Below, one piece after another: positions 1-9,247 of a stretch of 64,000 bases of DNA; position 1 is the stretch's first letter; the number at the start of each line of letters is the position of its first letter. The stretch is from positions 1 to 64,000 of the forward strand of contig LRSL01000013.1 in the NCBI GenBank assembly GCA_001563335.1, read 5' to 3'. The notes below the pieces were generated by a model. That model was not told the origin of the DNA. It did not search any database and was given only the letters and a program-made list of their open reading frames with translations. The stretch is from Candidatus Thorarchaeota archaeon SMTZ1-45. Lineage in GTDB: Archaea; Asgardarchaeota; Thorarchaeia; Thorarchaeales; Thorarchaeaceae. Made by a program: the position numbers and the translations under genes.

Positions 1-3000
1 AGTAGGTTCAGAGCCTATCGGAAGCCCAATACCATCGTTTCCATTTGATGTACTATCATAGACGGTTCCAGCTGGGTCTTCACTGAGATGCCACACGGCG
101 GCAAAGGAAGTATCCCAGACACCTTCAGAATCTTCATAACTGTTTGAATAAGGATCTCCATAATACATCGAAAAGACTGTATCTGACGCAGATGATAGGT
201 CCATTCTTACCCATGCAATAAGATGGGCATGTGAAGAGTTATACGACTGGTCAAATAGCTCAACTTCGTGGGGGAGTATCCAGCCATCCTTAACAAAAAC
301 AATATCGTCACCGTCTGACTGAACATCCGTTCGAAGGTCAATATCATACATATCAATAAGGACTGGAAATCCAGTGAGGTCTGAAGCAACTTTATTGTGG
401 TCTATTATGATGTCTTTCTTGTACATGAATCTTAGGGGAATTTCCTTTGGTATGATGACTTCACGCTCAATCCCAACTGCGTAGAAGCTAGGTGGATCAA
501 GCTGATTGTTATACTCTGTAAGAATCCACTGTGAGGAAATTGTATCATGGAGAACTCGAACTTCGTCAATTATTGCTCTTGCAAAGAGATTGGGTGATCC
601 AGCATTGTCGTAGTTGTCGCATGCAGCAATCAGAAACGGTTCCACAGAGTTGATATTTCCATATCCAGTAATATCGACAGGCGAAGTTGGCACCTCGGAT
701 CCATCGATATATAAATGAAGCCAGCTTCCCGCCCTTACCATTACAGCGTAATGCCAGAAACCATCATTCAGTGCTGACGCCGAATATATGGAGATTTTTC
801 CGGGTGTACCCGAATTGTCATCAATCTCTGCTTTTACTGTTCCTGAGCCCGTGATTGATATCATGTATCTGTAAGCATTTGTCCCGATGGCTCCTTTCAT
901 AGCCAGTGGTACATCCAAATCCGTCGAGGCGAACCACACACTCATGGCAAAATCATTGTAACCCACTGTAAGCGGAGTAGTATTTCCGCAGTCTACATAG
1001 TCATTCGAACCATCAAAGTCGACAGCATTACCTATATGTCCAATCACTCGGTCACTCTGAGTCATAGATCCATATGTGGTTCCATCATTTCCTTTGTAAG
1101 TGCTATCGATAATTTGTGGAGCCGGTAGTGCACCTGAAGGGTCATCTCCGAGGTGCCACACTCCTTGATACTGATTCCGCCAAACCTCTACAGGATTCTC
1201 TTGGTTTCCGATTGCAGGGTTGGCGTAGTACATTGTGATTAAAGTGTCAGACATCGAAGAGATGTCTACTCTTACCCAAGCGACCAAGTGTGCGTGAGTC
1301 GAGTTATATTGCTGGTTAAAAATCTCTATTTCATGTGGAAGACTCCTTCCATCTGAGGTGAACATAATATCATCACCGTCAGATTGAACCTTTGTTTTTA
1401 GGTCAGAATCGTATATGTCAATTAAAACTGGGAAATCTGTGAGATCAGATGCCACTTTGTTATGGTCGATTGTGATGTCTTTCATATATCGGAAGTTGAC
1501 ATTTTCTTCACCAACGGTCAGGAATAATTCCGGATTTCTCTGATTGTAATATTGAGTTCTAATCCATGCATCAGACCTGGCAACTGTCGAAACCCGCACC
1601 TCATCAACAATGGCATCGAGATATGATGTTCCACCGGGATTGTCAGATCTGCGACCAATTCTAACAGGTCGATCTGGGTCATTCACAGATGCTGGTATTC
1701 CTGAGGTGCTCTCATCTACTAACTCGCCATTCAGGTAGAATCTTGCATAAAATGAAGGGTGGAACACTCCCACGACATGATACCATTGATCAGTGTCAAC
1801 ACGCTCAAAGCCCACAATGTCTGTATTCACGCCATCAGGACTATACCTAAACATCCCCCATCCTGCATGACTAATAGATGGATCATAGTCAAAACTGATG
1901 TCCCAGCCACGATAGTTAGACTCTCCAGACTTGACTACAAGATAGTCATTATCGATGAAATCTGCCTTGAACCACGCCTCAACTGTGAATGCTCCAGTCA
2001 TCTGCAATTCAGTCGGATTTCCAAAATCGACATAATCGTTCACGCCTTCAAGGTCTATCGCCTTACCAATAATACCACTAACACTATCAGTTGTGGTCAT
2101 TGTTCCACCGGTTGAACCATCAAGACCGTATGATGTGCTATCTTTAATCTGAGGTTGGTGTGGTAGATAATCAGCATAGGTGGAGTCCCATTGTGGTTGC
2201 GAAGGATTGTCATTCATATGCCAAACTGCAGAATAGTCGGAGTCCCAGACCTCATCGGGCTTTTCTTGACTTCCAAGATCTTCATCACCATATACCATGA
2301 CAATTGTAGTATCTCCAACAGATGAAAGTTCAGGAATTTTGACCCAACTAACCAGATGAGCATGTGTTCCGTTTCCCTGCTTGTCAAATAATTCCAGATC
2401 ATGTGGAATCGCTTGACCATTAAAGAGGAAAGCTATGTCATCCCCATCTGCTTGAGCATTGATGTGAAGGTGTTCATCCCATATATCTACCAGGACTGGA
2501 AAGTCTTGGAGATTTGAAATGACTTTGGTATGGTCAATGACGATATTCTTGTTAAATCGAAAACTAGGTATTACATCCGAAGGAGCAGAATCAATATAGT
2601 CCACAAACAGTCTAGCAAGGTCCGCTTGAGCAAACCCTGATGAGCCTTTGATTTGATTATAGGTATATTGTTGGTTTGAATAGGCATAGTCAATCATTAT
2701 ACAGATGTAATTCCCACTTTGCCATCCGGGTCTGGACACAACCTCCTGTATAAGGGCTGCAATGTCTGGTGTATCATACCTGCCGTTAGCTGTCCACGTG
2801 GTTGGACGCCAATATACACTTGTGTTCACCCAGTCGTATCTATCAGGAAGAAGTGGGTATCCACTTGTGAACGCAGAAACATCATCCTCAGCTGCAACAT
2901 AAATACGCATTCCAGGAAAACCTGTCGAGTCACTAGGTGCTTCGACTTGAAGCCTAGTTGAAGTGATTGCCGCCCCTTGTGGAACATGTAACGGAAATTG

Positions 3001-4164
3001 AAGTCCAACCTGATAGGCAAAGGCAGTTGTCCAATCAGGATATGCCGGAATGTCAGCTCCGACATCTAACCAACCATTATTCCCATAACCGTTAAGGTCT
3101 ACGCCTCCCGATCCTCCATTCGAATCTAGTGCGCTGTAGCAATCTCTATTGCTTCCATCAGGAACATATGGACTGACACTTCCCTGAGTTGAACCAGTCA
3201 CTTTAACTCCATTTGCTAGGAGGTCAACCTGCTCAGGGAAGGGACGGACTTGCAGCCTTAGTTCAACATCGTCAATATATACTTCATGAACTGAAGATCC
3301 AGGTATACCACTTATGTCCGTGCCAAGACCTATATCAAAAATCATTGAGCCTAGATTTTCCATAGATTGGAAAGCAGATGCAGGTACTATATTTGTGGCT
3401 TGAAGCCATGTATTCATAGGTGTGCCACTTACAAACATATTGTTCTTTGAAATATAGTCCTCGATTCTAGTGAAAATGAATACGTCATTGTCCAAAATGG
3501 AAGTACTTGAAACATAGTAGCGGAATTTGATTTCTGCGGAATAGATACTTCTCCAAGGTATAGGAATCTGCTGGCTGAAATACATCTGATTTGATGGATT
3601 AAGTGTTGTTCCACTACTAGGATTAGCATCGAATCGCCATCCCCATGAATTGTCATATCCATTTCCAGAATATCCATTTATTTCGAATATACCATGCTGT
3701 GGGTGTTCAGTTCCACCAGATGCATCGAACTTCACTATTGTCCATCCATCTGGGATATAAAACGGGTCATCATTATATTCAGGATTACCAGCCATGAGAA
3801 AGTGCTCTACGTGATATGCATTAAGATTCGGATTGACCAACATCGCATCCACCCACATCGAGAGATGGTCAAGCTGCCCCTCCAGCTGTTCAGAACTCCA
3901 CCCCAGGGGAGGATTAATGCCAATGTACCCTGAATGTGAAAAGTCAATCACCGATGTTCCACTCGCGACTCTCAGCCCATTGAGATTCCCAAACAATGGA
4001 TCTCCATTTCCAGAGTTTCTATCCTGCCAATCGCTTAGTACAAAATCATCTCCATCAGAACCGACTCTTTTAGAATAAGAGAACCTCTCTTCAGGAGCAG
4101 GACCACTAGCTAAAGGTACTAAGAAAATGAATATTATTGTAAGAGATATCAATGCTTTTTTCAT
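1..4164 (-). CDS. Large secreted/surface protein with tandem DUF2341 + LamG (ConA-like) modules; partial, runs off the window edge (>1388 aa)
   Basis: Manual minus-strand translation from ATG at 4164 (MKKALISLTIIFIFLVPLASG, signal peptide-like) stays open to base 1. Three repeats of K(N/D)IxIDHxKVxSxLxxFPVL.D.YD.DL...Q.DGDDI.F...LPHE.E.F...HAHLVAWV (DUF2341), followed by LamG motifs (AIDLEGVNDYVDFG, WYHVVGV, IVDEVRVS). Absent from the ORF track because no stop lies in the window. Confidence 0.88.
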   Translation of the reverse strand, partial: MKKALISLTIIFIFLVPLASGPAPEERFSYSKRVGSDGDDFVLSDWQDRNSGNGDPLFGNLNGLRVASGTSVIDFSHSGYIGINPPLGWSSEQLEGQLDHLSMWVDAMLVNPNLNAYHVEHFLMAGNPEYNDDPFYIPDGWTIVKFDASGGTEHPQHGIFEINGYSGNGYDNSWGWRFDANPSSGTTLNPSNQMYFSQQIPIPWRSIYSAEIKFRYYVSSTSILDNDVFIFTRIEDYISKNNMFVSGTPMNTWLQATNIVPASAFQSMENLGSMIFDIGLGTDISGIPGSSVHEVYIDDVELRLQVRPFPEQVDLLANGVKVTGSTQGSVSPYVPDGSNRDCYSALDSNGGSGGVDLNGYGNNGWLDVGADIPAYPDWTTAFAYQVGLQFPLHVPQGAAITSTRLQVEAPSDSTGFPGMRIYVAAEDDVSAFTSGYPLLPDRYDWVNTSVYWRPTTWTANGRYDTPDIAALIQEVVSRPGWQSGNYICIMIDYAYSNQQYTYNQIKGSSGFAQADLARLFVDYIDSAPSDVIPSFRFNKNIVIDHTKVISNLQDFPVLVDIWDEHLHINAQADGDDIAFLFNGQAIPHDLELFDKQGNGTHAHLVSWVKIPELSSVGDTTIVMVYGDEDLGSQEKPDEVWDSDYSAVWHMNDNPSQPQWDSTYADYLPHQPQIKDSTSYGLDGSTGGTMTTTDSVSGIIGKAIDLEGVNDYVDFGNPTELQMTGAFTVEAWFKADFIDNDYLVVKSGESNYRGWDISFDYDPSISHAGWGMFRYSPDGVNTDIVGFERVDTDQWYHVVGVFHPSFYARFYLNGELVDESTSGIPASVNDPDRPVRIGRRSDNPGGTSYLDAIVDEVRVSTVARSDAWIRTQYYNQRNPELFLTVGEENVNFRYMKDITIDHNKVASDLTDFPVLIDIYDSDLKTKVQSDGDDIMFTSDGRSLPHEIEIFNQQYNSTHAHLVAWVRVDISSMSDTLITMYYANPAIGNQENPVEVWRNQYQGVWHLGDDPSGALPAPQIIDSTYKGNDGTTYGSMTQSDRVIGHIGNAVDFDGSNDYVDCGNTTPLTVGYNDFAMSVWFASTDLDVPLAMKGAIGTNAYRYMISITGSGTVKAEIDDNSGTPGKISIYSASALNDGFWHYAVMVRAGSWLHLYIDGSEVPTSPVDITGYGNINSVEPFLIAACDNYDNAGSPNLFARAIIDEVRVLHDTISSQWILTEYNNQLDPPSFYAVGIEREVIIPKEIPLRFMYKKDIIIDHNKVASDLTGFPVLIDMYDIDLRTDVQSDGDDIVFVKDGWILPHEVELFDQSYNSSHAHLIAWVRMDLSSASDTVFSMYYGDPYSNSYEDSEGVWDTSFAAVWHLSEDPAGTVYDSTSNGNDGIGLPIGSEPT

Positions 4165-4345
4165 ACTACCTGCTCCTTATGATAACCACTGTGAATGGAA
4201 CAACAAAGTATCAAAATATCAAAAAATAAGATAATCTAGTATATTCGGATACAATTTTTGGTATCATTAGACACTAAATCGAATATTTACAGTAAAATTG
4301 CGGACCAATGGGAAATATATGAACATTCAAAAGAGTGCCAATCCA

Positions 4346-4978
4346 TTAATCCAAAGAGAACTCAATTCTATCTTTAGAAATTAGCTCATTGAGGGCTGGG
4401 GGATTAAGTAGTTCGACTTCAAATTTCTTCTTGGAGATTAATCTAGTTTCTTCTGGAACCAATAAGGATTCAAGAGACGCACATGAGAAAAGAGCTGTTA
4501 AATCCAGTCTTTTGAGTGGATTCTGAAGGAGGTTCAGCTTCTCTAGTTTTACACATCTTGCGAGTGGGGAAAGGTCCAAATTCATGAACCGATTACTCTC
4601 TAGGTTGAGCGAAACAAGATTCTTACATTCTAATAATGCAGAGAGATCAACTCTTAGTAGCTGATTAAAACTCAAATCCAAATGCTCCAGAAGTGAACAA
4701 TAGCCTACCATTTCTAGGTTCAAAATCTGTAAATTGTTGTGACTCAGGACTAGTTTACGAACTGCAGGACTAAATGCCAGAACAGTCAAGTCAACCGTCA
4801 TTAGTTTATTCTCGCTTAGACTGAGTTCCTCAAGAGTGTCAAGTTTGTCAAGCTCAGAGAGGTCTATTGCGATGATTTCTCTCTTTGAGAGATCTAGTAT
4901 TTTTGAATGTGAGGCGATTGGAATTGAGCTATTGGTGCCATCTGATAAGGTGACATTGACTTCTATCACTTTCAACAC
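4346..4978 (-). CDS. Leucine-rich repeat protein (24-aa LRR units)
   Basis: Repeats LEELSLSENKLMTVDLTVL / LEHLDLSFNQLLRVDLSAL / LVSLNLESNRFMNLDLSPL / LEKLNLLQNPLKRLDLTAL match LxxLxLxxNxL. Confidence 0.88.
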   Translation of the reverse strand: MLKVIEVNVTLSDGTNSSIPIASHSKILDLSKREIIAIDLSELDKLDTLEELSLSENKLMTVDLTVLAFSPAVRKLVLSHNNLQILNLEMVGYCSLLEHLDLSFNQLLRVDLSALLECKNLVSLNLESNRFMNLDLSPLARCVKLEKLNLLQNPLKRLDLTALFSCASLESLLVPEETRLISKKKFEVELLNPPALNELISKDRIEFSLD

Positions 4979-5030
4979 ACTTGTTCAGGTTTGGAAAATC
5001 CAATATATAGGATGTACCATCCCACATTTC

Positions 5031-5070
5031 AATATATGGCGCTTTGTTCCAATATATGGCGCTTTGTTCC
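5031..5070. repeat. Perfect 20-bp tandem direct repeat (aatatatggcgctttgttcc x2) in a divergent intergenic region
   Basis: Directly visible at 5031-5050 and 5051-5070; partial extra copies caatatatag at 5001 and gaatat at 5071. Confidence 0.9.
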
Positions 5071-5237
5071 GAATATCTTTGGATTAGTGTCATGTTTTCT
5101 TGCTAACTCATGCACTTTTCTATCAAATCAAGGGCGATTAGATGCATTTTTCAGTCACCAACTGATATGGGAAAACCTTTAATATATAAAAATAGTAATT
5201 ATTCATACATAATATCTTTGATTATGAAGAGGAAGGC

Positions 5238-6542
5238 GTGGTTGTCGTAAAGATGCAAATTCCGGGAACCAACATTGACGTAAGTCTTAAGGTAAATCGT
5301 ATATACATTACAGACCCGGCTGTCACTCGAAGGCTCAAGTTTTCTGGAAAATCATTCAAAGATATCATGGAGGAAGTACAACGATTTGCCTATCTTCGGG
5401 GATTCAATGTTCCCCACCCTATTCTCAAGTTCATTTTGAAAAGAGTTGGACTTCCTGAGGTGGATGTGATACCTGGAGAGGATGAGTTAACAAAGGATGA
5501 CCTTCTTGAACTCTCTCGAGCACTGAATGCGCTTGATACACTAAAAGATGAATTCCTTTCTCCAACTGGAAAGGGCAAGCTATCCGATGATCTCAAGAGC
5601 AATGTAATAGTGTCCACCCCCGATCTTGAAGACTTGGAAACAGACACCCTTGCCCCACAGACACTTGAAGACCTGAAGACAGACACTCCAGCCCCGCAGA
5701 CAATGAGCGTCTGGGATGTTCCTCTCAGTGAGGAAGTCAAAGGTTTAGTCTACTCCTTCCATGCAGAGAATCTCCCAACAAGCACACCCACCCCACGAAC
5801 ACAATCAGCTGATGATGAAACAAAACCAGTGAAATTCATTTGGGATGAACCAGAAGTTATAGCATCCCTGGAAGATATATCAGAAGAGGCGAAATCATCA
5901 GTTGAAGATGTTTCTGACTTATTAGATCTCAAGGTCTTATTCCTTGGCGAAGAAGGCGTTGGAGTCAATAGCATAATCTTCGAATGTAATCTGAAACTCG
6001 GAAACGATTACTCTTCTCTTGACTTACCCCCGACTAGACCATTTACATTCAGCAACATAGTTGAGTACAAAGAAACGAATGTTCGTGTTGACGCATGGAC
6101 GTTCAACAAGAGTATGGAAGCAAAGGTTCCTAAGACAGAGTTCTATACAGGATCTGGAATGGTTGTGCTTGTTTACTCTGTTGCAGATAGATGGAGCTTT
6201 GATAGTCTTGATTTCTGGGTACGAGAGGTATCCAATGCTTTCTTGATTCCACCACCCATAATAATTGTCGGAAATAAGACAGATCTTCGTGATCATCCAG
6301 TCATTGAGGACGAGGATGATGAGCCAGAAATTCCTGTTTCAACCGAAGAAGCTCGTGAATACTGTGATAAAGTCGCAAAATCTTTGGGTGAAAACGGACA
6401 AGCTCATCCACTCTTCTTTATTGAAACTTCAACAATTACTGGAGTAGGAATCACTGAACTACTGAATAAGATTGTAGACTTCTGGCATGTCAATGAACGC
6501 CCAAGTATGCCAGCAACTGAACAACATGTCCCAACACATTGA
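5238..6542 (+). CDS. Ras/Rab-superfamily small GTPase domain with a long acidic N-terminal extension; G1 and G3 degenerate
   Basis: C-terminal half: LKVLFLGEEGVGVNSI (G1-like), VRVDAWT (G3 position), FYTGSGMVVLVYSVADRWSFDSLDFWVREV, IIIVGNKTDLR (G4), FFIETSTITGVGITEL (G5). Confidence 0.85.
   Translation: MVVVKMQIPGTNIDVSLKVNRIYITDPAVTRRLKFSGKSFKDIMEEVQRFAYLRGFNVPHPILKFILKRVGLPEVDVIPGEDELTKDDLLELSRALNALDTLKDEFLSPTGKGKLSDDLKSNVIVSTPDLEDLETDTLAPQTLEDLKTDTPAPQTMSVWDVPLSEEVKGLVYSFHAENLPTSTPTPRTQSADDETKPVKFIWDEPEVIASLEDISEEAKSSVEDVSDLLDLKVLFLGEEGVGVNSIIFECNLKLGNDYSSLDLPPTRPFTFSNIVEYKETNVRVDAWTFNKSMEAKVPKTEFYTGSGMVVLVYSVADRWSFDSLDFWVREVSNAFLIPPPIIIVGNKTDLRDHPVIEDEDDEPEIPVSTEEAREYCDKVAKSLGENGQAHPLFFIETSTITGVGITELLNKIVDFWHVNERPSMPATEQHVPTH
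5625..5702 (+). repeat. In-frame 39-bp imperfect tandem duplication (LEDLETDTLAPQT / LEDLKTDTPAPQT)
   Basis: cttgaagacttggaaacagacacccttgccccacagaca followed by cttgaagacctgaagacagacactccagccccgcagaca. Confidence 0.85.
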
Positions 6543-6678
6543 GTGTGTTGGTCTAACCTTCAAACTGTATTCTTGATTTCAAGAAACCGAAATGCCAATG
6601 CTTATCTATTGAAATGTATTTGAAATCAAAAATCATATGGAGGTATTGAATACATGGCAACAATTCTAAGGTGGGATC

Positions 6679-6912
6679 ATGTTTGCCCGACGCTCATTCC
6701 TATCTCTACCTCCTTCTGCGAAGTTCCTTTATGTGCTGCTTAAGAACCGGCGACGAATGTCCCGGCAAGACCTAATTAGCAACACATATCTTCCTCCCAG
6801 AACTGTGAACTATGGTCTTAGAAGACTTAAGGCTCTAGGTCTTATTCGGGAGGAGGAGCATGAGAGCGACGCGAGGGAGCGGGTCTATGAGCTGGTTCGA
6901 GCACCCATGTAG
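6679..6912 (+). CDS. Small winged-helix (MarR/ArsR-like) DNA-binding protein
   Basis: LPPSAKFLYVLL..MSRQDL...YLPPRTVNYGLRRLKALGLI....DARERVY is a typical archaeal wHTH. Confidence 0.8.
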   Translation: MFARRSFLSLPPSAKFLYVLLKNRRRMSRQDLISNTYLPPRTVNYGLRRLKALGLIREEEHESDARERVYELVRAPM

Positions 6913-6931
6913 TGGGAACATTGATCCAGAA

Positions 6932-6964
6932 GAGGGGTTCTGGGATGATTCCTAGACCCCCTTT
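6932..6964 (+). terminator. Possible stem-loop after the wHTH gene
   Basis: ggggttctggga..tcctagacccc imperfect inverted repeat followed by cttt. Confidence 0.4.
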
Positions 6965-7045
6965 AACTCCTGACTCTTATAGTTTCCAAAAGCCTCATAA
7001 TGTAATCAAGTACCAGCAGATTGAACTCAGATTGAGGTCTGAAGA

Positions 7046-8404
7046 ATGGATTTCTACAAAGTAGCTGGCACTGAACCAATTGGTAACGAAGTTCGAACTC
7101 ATTTCAGTAACCAGATAACAGCTGAAATAGCTGGTACTGATGTAGTCCTAATGGGATGGGTCCACATACTCAGAGATAAAGGAAAACTCAAGTTTCTTGT
7201 TCTGAGAGACGAGCGTGGGACTGTACAAGTAACAATTCCTCAGAAAAGGGTGCCAGAAGAAGTCTTCAAAACCTCAGGGTTACTAAAACCTGAAACCGCA
7301 GTTTCAGTCACAGGGAAAGTTACAGCTGCCAAACAAGTTGCCTCGGGAGCTGAAGTGATTCCAAGGAAGATTCGGATCTTGAACACATCTGAGCGTCTTC
7401 CAATTGATGTCGTTGAAGGAAAAACAGACATTGACCTTGATACAAGACTCAACAATAGAGTCCTCGACTTGAGAAAACCATCAATCAATGCCATCTTCAA
7501 GGTCCAACATAACCTCGTTCGTTTTGCAAGGGCATTTTTGGAGAGCAATGACTTTATTGAGATACACACACCCAAACTTGTCGCTGAAGCGACTGAGGGA
7601 GGTGCTAACCTATTCGAAGTCAAGTATTTCGACAGGAAGGCATACCTGGCTCAGAGTCCCCAATTCTACAAACAGCTCATGCTTTTAGCTGGGTTTGGGC
7701 GAGTCTATGAGATTGCCCCAGTGTTTAGAGCTGAGAAGCACAATACCCGTCGTCATGTCAACGAGTATACATCATTCGATTATGAGATGGCTTGGATTAG
7801 TGGCGTGGAAGATGTCATGAAGATGGAGGAAAACATGCTCCATCATTCATTCAAGATGACTAAGAAGCATGCTGCTGCAGAGTTGGAAATCTTGGGTGTT
7901 GATCTACAGATACCAAAAGTTCCCTTCAAGAGAATCAAATATTCAGAAGCTATTGAACTTGTCAACGAAGCAGGCAAGGGTCTCACAATAACTGATGACC
8001 TTGACCCCGAGTGTGAACGTCTCTTAGGTGAAATATTCCCTAAAAAGTATGGGACAGATATGGTATATATCACACACTATCCCTTGGAGCTTCGTCCAGC
8101 TTATACAATGCCAAGCATGACAGATGAAGGTATGACTGAGAGCTTTGATTTGACCTATAAAGGCATGGAGATTACGACAGGCAGCCAGCGTATTCATCTG
8201 TATGATTTACTTGTAGAGCGGTTCAAGGCTAAGGGCTTTAATCCTGATGATTTTGCATTCTATCTAGACCCCTTCAAATATGGAGCACCGCCTCATGGTG
8301 GTTTAGGACTTGGAGTTGAGCGAATGACCATGCAACTCCTGGGCATTGAAAACATACGTGAGGCTACTCTACTGCCACGAGATCGCGATCGTCTGACACC
8401 TTAG
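7046..8404 (+). CDS. aspS: Aspartyl-tRNA synthetase (archaeal type, possibly non-discriminating)
   Basis: OB fold GWVHILRDKG; TRLNNRVLDLR; LAQSPQFYKQ; motif 2 FRAEKHNTRRHVNEY; motif 3 GAPPHGGLGLGVER; ends PRDRDRLTP. Confidence 0.96.
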   Translation: MDFYKVAGTEPIGNEVRTHFSNQITAEIAGTDVVLMGWVHILRDKGKLKFLVLRDERGTVQVTIPQKRVPEEVFKTSGLLKPETAVSVTGKVTAAKQVASGAEVIPRKIRILNTSERLPIDVVEGKTDIDLDTRLNNRVLDLRKPSINAIFKVQHNLVRFARAFLESNDFIEIHTPKLVAEATEGGANLFEVKYFDRKAYLAQSPQFYKQLMLLAGFGRVYEIAPVFRAEKHNTRRHVNEYTSFDYEMAWISGVEDVMKMEENMLHHSFKMTKKHAAAELEILGVDLQIPKVPFKRIKYSEAIELVNEAGKGLTITDDLDPECERLLGEIFPKKYGTDMVYITHYPLELRPAYTMPSMTDEGMTESFDLTYKGMEITTGSQRIHLYDLLVERFKAKGFNPDDFAFYLDPFKYGAPPHGGLGLGVERMTMQLLGIENIREATLLPRDRDRLTP

Positions 8405-8477
8405 ATAATACTACCTCTTAAAGCACCATCAGTTCTACTTCAATTACCGACCTAGTGCGGATTAGAAGACAAAGGGA

Positions 8478-9245
8478 ATGCACCTAATGCACGAGCGACT
8501 TCACTCAGAACTCTATGCTTCAATTGCTACACTTGATCAATTGAAGAAATTATATGACCTTGGTGCAGTAGATATTCGTTCGTACCAACGAGAGTCGCAA
8601 GCTCTTCTACAAGATGTTCGTTCACAGCTAGAGAACATGAAGCGAATGGGTTTTGATATCAGCACGTTCGTGTCAACTGAACGCATAATCGAGGCTTTTC
8701 CTGAAGCTGCCAATCTGCTTCGACTTAGCAGTCATGCTCCAAGGCGGTCACTTCAAGGGATGACTTTGGACCAATTCTATGATTATATTGGTCTAGCTGT
8801 GCTTGATGTGGCTACAGAGCATTCATCAAAGGGACTAATGGGGTTGGCTGAACTAATAGTCGAGGTTGTAAGACGTCTTCCAGAACTTGAATCTGTGACA
8901 TATAATGATGTCATCGAGTCTGTGAACCGTGTTGCTGACAATGGCCTTATCCCAGGAATACGCACGCTTCGAGGCGGAGTCAAAGTTGTAGAGTTACGAC
9001 CCCTCGAGCTGAGACGTGACCAAGCAGATGTAATTAATCTGGCAGCATCAAAAGGATATGTTTCTGTTGAAGAAGTAATTATGCAAATGAAGTGGTCTGA
9101 GGATCATGCTCGACAAGTTTTATCCAGTTTGGTTGAGGCTGGCATGGCTGTTGCTGATATCCGCTTTTCAACAGGCGGTCGATATTACTTCCCTGGACTC
9201 AGAGCTCGCGATAGTTCTGATCCAAGAGTAACAGGTGCATACTAA
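8478..9245 (+). CDS. ESCRT-II Vps22/Vps36-like (EAP30) tandem winged-helix protein with an N-terminal Vps28-like domain
   Basis: aa ~98-242 (DQFYDYIGLAVLDV...GLMGLAEL...PLELRRDQADVINLAASKGYVSVEEVIMQMKWSEDHARQVLSSLVEAGMAVAD...YYFPGL) align by eye with the Vps22/SNF8 WH domains. aa ~1-83 (SELYASIATLDQLKKLYDLGAVDIRSYQRESQALL...ISTFV...PEAANLL) resemble the Vps28 N-terminal core. Confidence 0.82.
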   Translation: MHLMHERLHSELYASIATLDQLKKLYDLGAVDIRSYQRESQALLQDVRSQLENMKRMGFDISTFVSTERIIEAFPEAANLLRLSSHAPRRSLQGMTLDQFYDYIGLAVLDVATEHSSKGLMGLAELIVEVVRRLPELESVTYNDVIESVNRVADNGLIPGIRTLRGGVKVVELRPLELRRDQADVINLAASKGYVSVEEVIMQMKWSEDHARQVLSSLVEAGMAVADIRFSTGGRYYFPGLRARDSSDPRVTGAY

Positions 9246-9247
9246 GA

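Noticed and set aside
207-4078. Short ORFs listed at 207-4078 on both strands
   Set aside because: They are shadows of the single long minus-strand DUF2341/LamG ORF (1..4164).
5031-5070. Possible CRISPR mini-array
   Set aside because: Only two abutting units, no spacers, and no cas genes in the window.
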